In this document: positions 45,834 to 55,220 of the stretch, one piece after another | How positions within the stretch are numbered: the first letter of the stretch is position 1 | Layout of the letters: every line of letters begins with the position of its first letter | From: an uncultured Gammaproteobacteria bacterium | GTDB taxonomy: Bacteria > Patescibacteriota > Patescibacteriia > UBA9934 > CAZDDW01 | NCBI GenBank assembly: GCA_965231015.1 | Contig: OZ246408.1 | Location: forward strand, 83,755 to 147,754 | DNA length: 64,000 nucleotides | Direction: 5' to 3' | Notes under the pieces: model-generated | What the model was told of the DNA's origin: nothing | Seen by the model: the letters and a program-made list of their open reading frames with translations, nothing else | Databases searched by the model: none | Position numbers and translations under genes: made by a program

Positions 45834-46492
45834 GGCGAGCGTTCGCATTGCGTTGAAGCAGTATCGTAAGGTCCTGTGGAGCGATGTGAAGTGAGAATGT
45901 TGGCATGAGTAGCAAAAAGACGGGTGAGAACCCCGTCCACCGAAAACCCAAGGTTTCCTGGGCAACGTAAATCGTCCCAGGGTTAGTCGGGTCCTAAGGC
46001 GAGGCCGAAAGGCGTAGTCGATGGACAGCAGGTTAATATTCCTGCACCACGTATTGTGTCCGATGGAGGGACACTTGTTCGAGCTTCCCGCGTCCTATGG
46101 CTATGACGTTGGGCGCTTGGGGATGGATAGTAGGCAAATCCGCTATCCGTAAGTCTCTGAGTGAGCGCGATTCCACCGCAAGGTGGGAAAGGGGAAGGTA
46201 GAATGAGTCTAGAAAAGCTTCTAAGGATTCCACAATATGTGCCCGTACCGCAAACCAACACAGGTGGGTAGGTATAAGAGTACCAAGGTGTACGAGAGAA
46301 ACATTGTTTAGGAACTCGGCAAAACAGCGGCCGTAACTTCGGGATAAGGCCTGGTTTCCCTCGGGAGAGGGAGACCCGCAGCGAAAGATAGCGAGCGACT
46401 GTTTATCAAAAACACAGGTCCCTGCTAAACCGTAAGGTGATGTATAGGGGCTGATGCCTGGCCAGTGTCCGAACGTTAAGGGAGGGGGTTAG

Positions 46493-46644
46493 CCGTGCCA
46501 TGTGAGCACTTAGCACGGAATGATCAATTTATAAATGATCAATGATCAATGAATGTTCAATTTGAAAATTAACAAATTGGAAATTCAATGAAAATTGAAA
46601 ACTGAAAATTGAAAATTCCATGCCGAGGATTCACATGGCATGGT
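46493..46644 (+). other. IVS-2 in 23S domain IV (the hairpin equivalent to E. coli ~1860), with the same AT-rich core flanked by two hairpins
   Basis: It replaces a GCAAG-type tetraloop between …GGGGTTAGC and TGAAGCTC…. The core is ~92% identical to IVS-1. Confidence 0.7.
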
Positions 46645-46691
46645 GAAGCTCCTGACCGAAGCGCGGATGAACGCCGGCGATAACTATAATC

Positions 46692-46754
<63 letters not shown>

Positions 46755-47242
46755 GCTAACTGTCTCAACAATGTACTCGGCGAAATTGCGAGGAGAGTGA
46801 AGATGCTCTCTAACCGTGGCCGGACGAAAAGACCCCATGAAGCTTTACTACAGCTTGCTATTGGGTTTATGTTTCGCATGTTCAGTATAGGTGGGAGCCT
46901 TCGGGCGCCAGTGAGATACCACCCTTGCGTTGTGTAAATCCTAACTGGATACCGTGAAACCGGTATCTGGGACAGTAGCTGGTGGGTAGTTTACCTGGGG
47001 CGGGTGCCTCCCAAAAAGTAACGGAGGCGTTCACAAAGGTTGGCTTAGCGCGGATGGAAATCGCGCTGGACGTGCAAGCGCACAAGCCAGCTTTACTGCA
47101 AGGCCGACCAGCCGCGCAGTTGCGAAAGCAGGAGCTAGTGATCCGACCGTACGATATAGGACGGCGGAAGCTCATCGGATAAAAGCTACTCTGGGGATAA
47201 CAGGCTAGTCTCCCCCAAGCGTCCACAGCGACGGGGAGGTTC

Positions 47243-47273
<31 letters not shown>

Positions 47274-47287
47274 AGCTGGAGAAGGTT

Positions 47288-47361
<74 letters not shown>

Positions 47362-47708
47362 CTATCCGCCACGGTCGTAGAAAGTTGAGGGAACCCATTC
47401 CTAGTACGAGAGGACCGGAATGGACGAACCTCTGGTGTACCGGTTGTCCTGCCAAGGGCATCGCCGGGTAGCTACGTTCGGGTCGGATAAGCGCTGAAAG
47501 CATATAAGCGCGAAGTCGATCCCAAGATTAACTTTCATTATGAGACCCCTCGGAGATGACGAGGTTGATAGGCTCTAGGTGTAAGCGTGGTAACACGTTC
47601 AGCCGAGGAGTACTAATAGGTCCAGCTCTACAATCACTTAACGAGTTTATTTCAAAATCGCCAAAATTATTTTGACGATTTGAATTCGTTGTTTATAAAA
47701 CCTTCAAA

Positions 47709-47819
47709 GTTCTGGTGGTTCTTCCAGAAGGGCCACACCCGTTCCCATCTCGAACACGGCAGTTAAGTCTTCTAGGGCCGATGGTAGTCAATTGGCGAGA
47801 GTAGGTAGCCGCCAGAACT
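47709..47819 (+). rRNA. rrf: 5S rRNA
   Basis: …CCCGTTCCCATCTCGAACACGG…GCCGATGGTAGT…GAGAGTAGG… with terminal helix TCTGGTGG/CCGCCAGA. Confidence 0.85.
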
Positions 47820-48022
47820 TTGGAGGTTTTTTGATTGGCGCTCGGAATATATTTTGGCCAGCGCTCGGCCTCGGTTTGAAATAAATTGATTGATAGGTAA
47901 AAGGCCTCGCTCATACGTCGACCGGAACATAACTGGTTGTTTTTATTTGATTGGATTGTTTTCAGTCCGGTCTCCGAATGTGTCTAAAATATATTCCTCG
48001 CTTGGGTGGGTGGGGGATAGAC

Positions 48023-48052
48023 TTGACAATTTAGCTAAATTATGGCCATAAT
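48023..48052 (+). promoter_or_regulatory. Promoter-like module TTGACA-18(…TTAGCTAAATTATGG)-CATAAT
   Basis: A variant of the recurrent module upstream of the 48106 gene. Confidence 0.35.
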
Positions 48053-48105
48053 CAGACAGTACTTTATACATCAACCTCCCGGGTAGAGCCGGGGAAGGAG
48101 GAGAG

Positions 48106-49623
48106 ATGTACCGCTTTGGAGTGGTTCTTGGTTTCTGGTTGATTTTCGTGGCCGGCTGTAGCCCGAATGATGATGATTTCATTACGTCGAATCCAATCGA
48201 TGACAACGATGATGATGACGACGACGTGATCGACTACGGTGACGTTACCATCGAGCCGACCGGTCACCTGACCGCGTGGGTGCGCTGGGAAACGGATGTC
48301 CCGTCTGACTCGATCGTTGAGTTCGGCATCGGGGAGCTGGAGTATCGGCAGATCTATACTGAGCTCGTGACTGATCATGAGGTGTTGCTCGCCGGGACGA
48401 GGACCGACGAGACATACCAGATTCGGGTCACTAGCTCCACGACGGACGCTCTCGTTTTCGAGAACGCTGACATAGAGTTCACAAATGACCCGTTGCCTGA
48501 CTGGCTCCCGCTTGAAGCGGAGTTCAACTGGGACGTGTACGACGCAGAAGCGGTCGATCCTGGGTGGACGGTGATGAACATTGCCGTTCTTCAGGAGGAC
48601 GCCTCCATGGTTACCAGTCCGGTCACGGTGATCGTTCTCGATCACGAGGGACAGCCCATCTTCCACTATCGTCAGGAAGCAGAGATTCCGGCCACAGCCG
48701 ACATCGAAGCCACCTGGGACGAAGGTGAAATTCTGGTCGGTGGAGGACTGGCCGAGGGTAAGAGCCCATTCAAGTTGAATCTGGCCGGCCAAATCACCTG
48801 GGAAGACAGCTTTGTCCAACCGTTTCCAATGTCCGAGGAGTACATGCATCACGTGTACTACAAGGACGACTCCGGTAACCTTATTTCCATGCTTGTTTCA
48901 TATGCCGACGGCCTCTCTGATGAGATCGTGGCATATGATGCATCCATGGCCGAGGTGTGGAGTTGGAATTCGGTCAAGCTCAAAGAAGAAGGGTACTCGG
49001 AGTATCCAGACCTCTCGAACGTGGCGATCGTAGAGCCGGAGAACGGCGTGGCTTACTACGGGTTGCGCGACGACTCAATGCTCTATAAGATCGACATGGC
49101 CACCGGAGATGTGGTCTGGGAGTTCGGACAGAATCACTCAAGTGGTGATCTTGGTGACTTCGCCGGCGAATACGGACACCCTCGTGCCTGGCCGATGCTC
49201 CCGCACGGTATGGAACACGACGGTGACCGGTGGCTCTTCTATGACAACCGCTCGGATTTCACTGGCTCCCGTGTGGTCGAGTATGAGGTTGATGAGGCGA
49301 CCATGGAAGCGTCTATCGTCTGGGAGTATCCAGGCGAATACGCGGACGATCCCTGGTACGGCTATGTCTGGGGTGACGCCGATTGGCTTTTGAACAGCAA
49401 TGTTCTCGTGACCACCGGTCAGTCCTGGGCAGTGGATCCGTCCTCTACTCCGCATGAGCTCAACGATGCTTGGGCCGAGGCTGGTCACGCCCGTCTGTTC
49501 GAACTCGCTCCGGTCGGTGGCGAGTCGGACCAGATGCGGATCGTCTGGGAGGTCGCTCTCGAAGGAGATATCACGGGTAGCTACGCTGCCGACCGTTTCT
49601 CTGCGCTGGTCGAGTTCCTGTAA
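48106..49623 (+). CDS. Secreted lipoprotein (lipobox FVAGCS) with poly-Asp linker and beta-propeller-like body; function unknown (possibly arylsulfotransferase-like)
   Basis: GGAGGAGAG RBS, signal plus lipobox, 505 aa. The gene is moderately GC-rich. Confidence 0.55.
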   Translation: MYRFGVVLGFWLIFVAGCSPNDDDFITSNPIDDNDDDDDDVIDYGDVTIEPTGHLTAWVRWETDVPSDSIVEFGIGELEYRQIYTELVTDHEVLLAGTRTDETYQIRVTSSTTDALVFENADIEFTNDPLPDWLPLEAEFNWDVYDAEAVDPGWTVMNIAVLQEDASMVTSPVTVIVLDHEGQPIFHYRQEAEIPATADIEATWDEGEILVGGGLAEGKSPFKLNLAGQITWEDSFVQPFPMSEEYMHHVYYKDDSGNLISMLVSYADGLSDEIVAYDASMAEVWSWNSVKLKEEGYSEYPDLSNVAIVEPENGVAYYGLRDDSMLYKIDMATGDVVWEFGQNHSSGDLGDFAGEYGHPRAWPMLPHGMEHDGDRWLFYDNRSDFTGSRVVEYEVDEATMEASIVWEYPGEYADDPWYGYVWGDADWLLNSNVLVTTGQSWAVDPSSTPHELNDAWAEAGHARLFELAPVGGESDQMRIVWEVALEGDITGSYAADRFSALVEFL

Positions 49624-49716
49624 AGCCCACCCAATCAAAACACGCCCTACCGGGTTCTCCGGCGGGGCGTTCAACTTTTTGAATCGGATGGCGTGTCGGA
49701 TTGCCGCAGGTAATTT

Positions 49717-50433
49717 CTACTTTAACACTTCGACTTCAGGTAAATGTCGCAAGCTTGGCCAGTAGATGTCAATGTCGTTTAGTTTAATGTAATCGTTTTG
49801 ATTGGCTCCACGCTTCAGGGAAAGCGACAACAACATTCGTTTACTCTCAGCCCATAAAAATAGAGAATCATCTTTTCGCCAGGCGGCAATATTTTGTACT
49901 TTTCGAGTTTTTGGCTTAGTCTTTTCGGTGACTTTATACTTTCCAGTTTCAAGTCGTTTGATCAAACGGTTAATGACCCAAGACACAGTTTCCTTTTCCG
50001 GCTCGGACAAGTTAGCGGCTCGACTGACTTCATCTGGGGAAAGCAGAGTTTCGATTATTTCCTCTTGCTTGGTGGCTTTTGGATCAAACAACTTGCGTAC
50101 ACTTTCTGGTAATGTTGTCTTTCCAGGTTGACTTGCTCCCTCACCCAAGAAAACAGAAAGAAACCGCGTTTCCACGGTCCCGCTTTGTAAAGTGTGATTA
50201 ATTCCGGCACTAATAATAATGGCTTCACCTGAGGCAACAACCTTGGTCGATTGCGGAGTGATAATTATAAGCTCGCCATCAGCCACACTGATGAACTGGT
50301 CATAATAGGGATGGACGTGCATTGGTGTACGCACTCCTGGCAAATAACAAGCAGTAGTCACGCGAATATTTGGTTGCGTGATTACAACGTGCGTTGCAAA
50401 TCCACCGTGCTCGACAGCAGGCCAGATTGACAT
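49717..50433 (-). CDS. Cupin-domain protein with a C-terminal extension
   Basis: N-terminal cupin beta-barrel motif (…PMHVHPYYDQFISVADGEL…). Confidence 0.55.
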   Translation of the reverse strand: MSIWPAVEHGGFATHVVITQPNIRVTTACYLPGVRTPMHVHPYYDQFISVADGELIIITPQSTKVVASGEAIIISAGINHTLQSGTVETRFLSVFLGEGASQPGKTTLPESVRKLFDPKATKQEEIIETLLSPDEVSRAANLSEPEKETVSWVINRLIKRLETGKYKVTEKTKPKTRKVQNIAAWRKDDSLFLWAESKRMLLSLSLKRGANQNDYIKLNDIDIYWPSLRHLPEVEVLK

Positions 50434-50451
50434 AGAGTGTTTGAAATATTT

Positions 50452-50676
50452 CTATACCTCCAAGTCAAGAATCAGGGAGTCGAGAGCGGTTTGCATTTGG
50501 CTGATGGCCTGGCTGCGCTCGTCCTTGTCCGCGTTGGAATTCAGCAACACTTCAATAACGCGGCGTCCTTCGAGCATCGGGTCAAACCCGGCCAGACCGC
50601 TCGCCAGCCCCACTTGTCGGCGAACATTTTTTGGCCACATAAAAATGCTTTTAATACTCTCTATATTCATTGTCAC
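50452..50676 (-). CDS. Small hypothetical protein (74 aa)
   Basis: ORF only. Confidence 0.25.
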   Translation of the reverse strand: MTMNIESIKSIFMWPKNVRRQVGLASGLAGFDPMLEGRRVIEVLLNSNADKDERSQAISQMQTALDSLILDLEV

Positions 50677-50783
50677 CAGAGAAAGGCTTATTTGTCAATA
50701 AATTTAGGGGCAGTTATTGACATGTTTTGCCCAATTGGGTCATATTCGGTACAATGGAACCGCTAAATTAAGCTTAAATATAT

Positions 50784-51554
50784 ATGGATAATCCAAAGGT
50801 TAGGGTAGTCATTTTAGCTGCCGGTAAAGGAAAACGAATGGGCTCTGATAAACAGAAGGCTTTGATGGAAATTTGTGAGAAACCCATGATCGGGCATTTG
50901 CTTGATTCGGTAGAACAGGCAGAAACCGTGAATATGAAACCGATTGTGGTGTATGGACACGGGGGAGATGAACTGGTTGAGTATGTAAAAGATAGAGCCG
51001 AGGTTGTGCTTCAAGAAGAACAAAAGGGAACCGGACATGCTGTGGCAGTTACTCGCAAAGCAGTAGCAGATGCAGATCTGGTGATGGTGTTATATGGTGA
51101 TACATCACTCGTTTCATCGGCCACGATTGACAAATTAGTCAACTATCATACTAAGCGACCCGCTCCAATTGTTATGGCTGTCGGAACTGTTGGTGATTTT
51201 ACAGGCTGGCAAGAGGCTTTTAAGGGTTTTGGAAGGATTGTCCGTGGGAGTGATGAAATGATTACAGCAATTCGTGAGGCTAAGGATGCAACCGATGAAG
51301 AGCTCATGATTAAAGAAGTGAATCCCGCTTACTTTGTGTTCGAAGCCGATTGGTTGTGGGATCACATTGATAAGATTGGTTCAGAAAATGCACAAGGTGA
51401 AATTTATCTAACAGACTTGATTGAAATGGCTTTTGCCGAAGGTGAACCGATCCGCACCGTACCGATTCCGATTGAAGAATGTGTGGGGTGCAATACTCGT
51501 GAAGAGTTGAGTGTGGCTGAAAAATTGATGAAAGACAGGGGATTATGCGAATAA
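50784..51554 (+). CDS. Sugar-1-phosphate nucleotidyltransferase resembling the GlmU N-terminal uridylyltransferase domain (no LbH acetyltransferase domain)
   Basis: …VVILAAGKGKRMGS… and …VLQEEQKGTGHAVA… match the GlmU NTase signature. Confidence 0.65.
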   Translation: MDNPKVRVVILAAGKGKRMGSDKQKALMEICEKPMIGHLLDSVEQAETVNMKPIVVYGHGGDELVEYVKDRAEVVLQEEQKGTGHAVAVTRKAVADADLVMVLYGDTSLVSSATIDKLVNYHTKRPAPIVMAVGTVGDFTGWQEAFKGFGRIVRGSDEMITAIREAKDATDEELMIKEVNPAYFVFEADWLWDHIDKIGSENAQGEIYLTDLIEMAFAEGEPIRTVPIPIEECVGCNTREELSVAEKLMKDRGLCE

Positions 51555-52816
51555 TTGCCGATTGGCATATTCATTCTGGATTTTCACGGGCATGCTCCAA
51601 AGATTTAACGCTACCGAAAATTGCAAAAGCGTGTGAACGTAAAGGAATCAATGTTGTGGCTGCGCCGGATTGGACTCATCCGGCGGTTTTTAGTTCTATT
51701 GAAGATTTGTTGAAAGAAGATCGACCGGGCATGTATCGACTCAAAGATGGATCAAGCCCAACTTGGTTCATGCTTTCAACTGAGGTTTCACAAATTTATA
51801 AAAACGGTGGGAAGTGTCGGCGCATTCATAATAATATTTTGTCGCCGAGTATCGAGACGAGTCAGAAAGTTAATATCGAGCTCGAGAATCGTGGTTTTAA
51901 TCTCAAGTCTGATGGCCGACCGATTCTTGGAATCGATTCCGAGGAACTATATAAGATGCTCAAAGAAATCGATGAACGAATTATTGTGATTCCAGCCCAC
52001 GCCTGGACACCGTGGTATTCGATCTTCGGCTCAAAATCTGGTTTCGATTCAATCGAAGAGTGTTTTGGGTCCATGACCAAGTACATTTATGCGATTGAAA
52101 CTGGTCTCTCGAGCGACCCGACCATGAACTGGCATCTTTCCGGGCTCGACAAAGTCGTGCTTGTCTCTAATTCGGACGCTCATTCATTACCGAAGCTTGG
52201 ACGGGAAGCCAATGTGTTTGAACTCGAAGAACCAAGCTTTGATGAGTTTGTACGAATTTTCAAAGAGCAAGATAAGAGTAAGTTTTTATACACGATCGAG
52301 CTCTATCCGGAAGAAGGGATGTATCACGCGGACGGCTGCCGCAAGTGCGGCTTTTGGTGCGAGCCAGTGGAAACGAAAAAGCTTGGCGGGATTTGCCCGA
52401 AGTGTAAAAAGCCGATGGTGATCGGAGTTTGGAATCGGGTGGCGCAATTGGCAGATCGTTCAACCGTAGGGGCGAACGGCCGTTCGCCCCTACCGACCAA
52501 TCGCATTCCCTTCAAGTCCATCGTACCGCTCGATGTTATTCTTGCCGAGGTGAACAATGTCAAATCAACGAATTCAAAAAAAGTGCGCGAACAATACGAT
52601 CGAATTATCAATGAGCTCGGTCCCGAGTTTACCGTCCTAATCGACACACCGATATTCGAAATAAAAAAATTCGATGAACGAGTGGCTGATGCAATCGAGC
52701 GCATGCGCACCGGCAACATCCACATCCGCCCGGGTTATGACGGAGTGTATGGCGAAGTCAGTATTTGGTCGGAGGAAGAACGCCCCAAAAGCCCAACGCA
52801 AAAAACACTAATCTAA
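51545..52816 (+). CDS. Endonuclease Q (EndoQ)-like PHP-domain endonuclease with a Zn-ribbon
   Basis: …IADWHIHSGFSRACS…, …VSNSDAHS…LGREANVFE…, …CPKCKK…, …IRPGYDGVYGEV… are collinear with the archaeal EndoQ. The gene overlaps the preceding gene by 10 nt. Confidence 0.75.
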   Translation: MRIIADWHIHSGFSRACSKDLTLPKIAKACERKGINVVAAPDWTHPAVFSSIEDLLKEDRPGMYRLKDGSSPTWFMLSTEVSQIYKNGGKCRRIHNNILSPSIETSQKVNIELENRGFNLKSDGRPILGIDSEELYKMLKEIDERIIVIPAHAWTPWYSIFGSKSGFDSIEECFGSMTKYIYAIETGLSSDPTMNWHLSGLDKVVLVSNSDAHSLPKLGREANVFELEEPSFDEFVRIFKEQDKSKFLYTIELYPEEGMYHADGCRKCGFWCEPVETKKLGGICPKCKKPMVIGVWNRVAQLADRSTVGANGRSPLPTNRIPFKSIVPLDVILAEVNNVKSTNSKKVREQYDRIINELGPEFTVLIDTPIFEIKKFDERVADAIERMRTGNIHIRPGYDGVYGEVSIWSEEERPKSPTQKTLI

Positions 52817-52875
52817 ATCAAAAATCCCCCACGAATTCGTCTGGGGAACCCAGGCACGCTAGGGGATTTTTGTAA

Positions 52876-53253
52876 CTATTTGCGCTTCTTAGTAGTCTTA
52901 CGACGCTTAGGAGCGGCTTTTCGTTTCTTTGGAGCTGCTTTACGCTTAGCAGGCTTACGAGTGACTTTGCGCTTTGTAGTCTTTCGTTTAGCAGGCTTGC
53001 GCTTAGCAACCTTGCGCTTCTTAGCTACTTTTTTCTTAGCAACTTTTCGCTTCGCTGGCTTGCGCTTAGCAGGTTTCTTCTTAGAGACTTTCTTTCGCTT
53101 AGGAGCAGCTTTGCGTTTTGCAGGCTTTCGCTTTGCAACCTTACGCTTCGCTGGCTTCTTAGTTACCTTCTTGCGTTTTGGTGCAGCCTTCTTAGCAGGC
53201 TTTCGCTTTTTAGCGACCTTACGCTTAGCAGGTTTCTTTTTCTTTGCTGGCAT
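52876..53253 (-). CDS. Histone H1-like, Lys/Ala/Pro-rich (KPAKRK-repeat) DNA-binding protein
   Basis: 125 aa made almost entirely of PAKRK/VAKKRK repeats; the DNA is a degenerate 15-18 nt tandem repeat. Confidence 0.65.
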   Translation of the reverse strand: MPAKKKKPAKRKVAKKRKPAKKAAPKRKKVTKKPAKRKVAKRKPAKRKAAPKRKKVSKKKPAKRKPAKRKVAKKKVAKKRKVAKRKPAKRKTTKRKVTRKPAKRKAAPKKRKAAPKRRKTTKKRK

Positions 53254-53448
53254 GTTATTTCACCCCCCTTCTTTTTTAAGATAAATATTTTTTAAAAATC
53301 CTCCAATAGCTTTGTGAATTTTTAAATTCGACCGTATAGTAATTATAAAACTTTTTTTGTTTTGCAACAATACAAAATAGTAAAAAGTCAAAAGTAAAAA
53401 GTAGAAAGATTTTAGATTCTTTCTACTTTCTAGATTCAACTTTCTATT

Positions 53449-54816
53449 TTAGTCCACGACGTCAACCGGAATACCTACTTCAGCCCAGTGAAAAATCCAT
53501 TCTGCGTTTTCTGTTGAGGCATTTACGCAGCCATGACTCATGCGGTTGCCAAAGTTGTTGTGCCAAGGGGCAGAGTGAATATAAAAGTGTGGCTGGAACA
53601 TTAAATTCCACGGCGTTAGACCCAAGCTGTAATTGTTAGGATTGCCTTCCCCATAACTCCAGGTGTAATCGACCCACTCTTTTTTGGCTAAAACATCGAA
53701 ATTTCCTTGAGGTGATGGAGAAGAATAAAGCCCTGAAGAGATGTAGAACGAGTTATCTAAGATGCCATTCTTATAGGCAAATAATCGTTGTTCAGAGACG
53801 TCAATAATGATGTGTCGTTCACTTGATGGTCCAGCCAGAGCCCCGTTAGGAACCATGACTATTTCATCTTCACCGTCTTGGTCTAAATCGATTAGTTCAA
53901 CATCTTGCACCCAGTCTCTTTTTATCTCAATAACTTCGCCATTATTTTTTTCAATTCGAACGTTGTTATTGTTATAACTGGTTGGTGCAACAACTAAATT
54001 GTTATCCACAGTTTGTGAAAAATTAATTCCACTTTGTATATTTTTTTGTACGGAAGAAATAAAAATTGGTGCACTGTGAACAGAATAAGATATTATTTCA
54101 GAATTATTTCCGGTCATGTGTGAAACTAAAAGTTGTTTGTCACCGTTTGCAGTCTTAACGATTTCAATATTTGTTCCGTCACTGTCTGCAGCATCGAACG
54201 CAAAAAATTCTTCTTCAATCTGCCAATCTTTTCCATTCCATTCCCACATGCGTACGTGTGGTCCTCCGGTTGGCCCAGGCGCGGTCACAATCTCGACTTC
54301 ACCGTCTCCATCTAGATCATCACAGGCTACGTTGACTCCACCGCGGAAGTCTTCCGCGTAGGCAAAGAATCCGTTACTAAATTTTACATTTCCATTGGTA
54401 TCAAAAACCCGCACTTGGGGACCGCCACCGTATTGAGTTCCAGTTACAATCTCGGCTGGACCATCACCATCAAGGTCACAAACTGCCACGTTAATTCCGC
54501 GACCAAAGTTGGCAGCGTAGGCTAAGAAACTGGTGATCTCTGATCCGTCCTGGCGAAAAATTCGTACTCGTGGATCATTGCCAAAACCTTGACCGAGAAT
54601 GATTTCTGGCACTCCATCGATCCCAAGATCAGCTACAGCCAAGCTGGCTCCACCGGAGTTGTTATGAATCGAAATCTCAAAGCTTGATTCTAGCTCACCG
54701 TTTAGATTATAAATTTCAACCGGTAGGGTTCGATACACTGCCGCATTAGCGTTTAAGGCAAATACAAAACTCGCTATAAAAAGCGAAGTAATTGAAAGTG
54801 GGGCTAATTTTTTCAT
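53449..54816 (-). CDS. FG-GAP/VCBS-repeat protein fused to a C-terminal L,D-transpeptidase (YkuD) domain
   Basis: Repeated …DLDGDG..EIV.G… motifs and a C-terminal …SHGCVNAS… catalytic motif. Confidence 0.72.
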   Translation of the reverse strand: MKKLAPLSITSLFIASFVFALNANAAVYRTLPVEIYNLNGELESSFEISIHNNSGGASLAVADLGIDGVPEIILGQGFGNDPRVRIFRQDGSEITSFLAYAANFGRGINVAVCDLDGDGPAEIVTGTQYGGGPQVRVFDTNGNVKFSNGFFAYAEDFRGGVNVACDDLDGDGEVEIVTAPGPTGGPHVRMWEWNGKDWQIEEEFFAFDAADSDGTNIEIVKTANGDKQLLVSHMTGNNSEIISYSVHSAPIFISSVQKNIQSGINFSQTVDNNLVVAPTSYNNNNVRIEKNNGEVIEIKRDWVQDVELIDLDQDGEDEIVMVPNGALAGPSSERHIIIDVSEQRLFAYKNGILDNSFYISSGLYSSPSPQGNFDVLAKKEWVDYTWSYGEGNPNNYSLGLTPWNLMFQPHFYIHSAPWHNNFGNRMSHGCVNASTENAEWIFHWAEVGIPVDVVD

Positions 54817-54862
54817 ATCAATCCAAGATTACCAAAAATAGGCCTTTACGTCCATGAAACTG

Positions 54863-54891
54863 TTGACAAAAATAGCCAAGCATAGTACTAT
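54863..54891 (+). promoter_or_regulatory. Promoter TTGACA-17(…AATAGCCAAGCATAG)-TACTAT upstream of tRNA-Ala
   Basis: Consensus-like elements related to the recurrent module. Confidence 0.4.
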
Positions 54892-54986
54892 ATCCGCACT
54901 TTAGGATAACCGATCCGTTTTATCATCTGAACGTGCACCGTTGTTTTCGAACGTGTTAGGGCCCGCCCCGCCGTTCGCGAACGGCG

Positions 54987-55062
54987 GGGCCCGTAGCTCA
55001 GCTGGTAGAGCACCTGCTTTGCAAGCAGGGGGTCAGGAGTTCGAGCCTCCTCGGGTCCACCA
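54987..55062 (+). tRNA. tRNA-Ala (TGC)
   Basis: A 76-nt cloverleaf with anticodon loop TTTGCAA and encoded CCA. The 5' acceptor strand is also part of an upstream palindrome. Confidence 0.88.
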
Positions 55063-55220
55063 TCCTTCGCTCCAGCAAGTTATTTATTGATGGAGCGTAG
55101 GATGTCCTCCGAAGCTTTGGCGAAGGAGGACCACTGAAAAAGAATTGTGCTGGAGCTACGGATGGCAGGCCAGCAAATCAAAACGATCGAGCTAAGCTCG
55201 ACCGCTTTTTGTTTATGGTT

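Noticed and set aside
52880-53284. Antisense ORF of the KPAKRK-repeat gene
   Set aside because: The repeat DNA is open in both strands. The minus-strand product has a plausible basic H1-like composition and a start codon preceded by a spacer, while the antisense gives a Leu/Phe/Arg-rich product with no plausible features.
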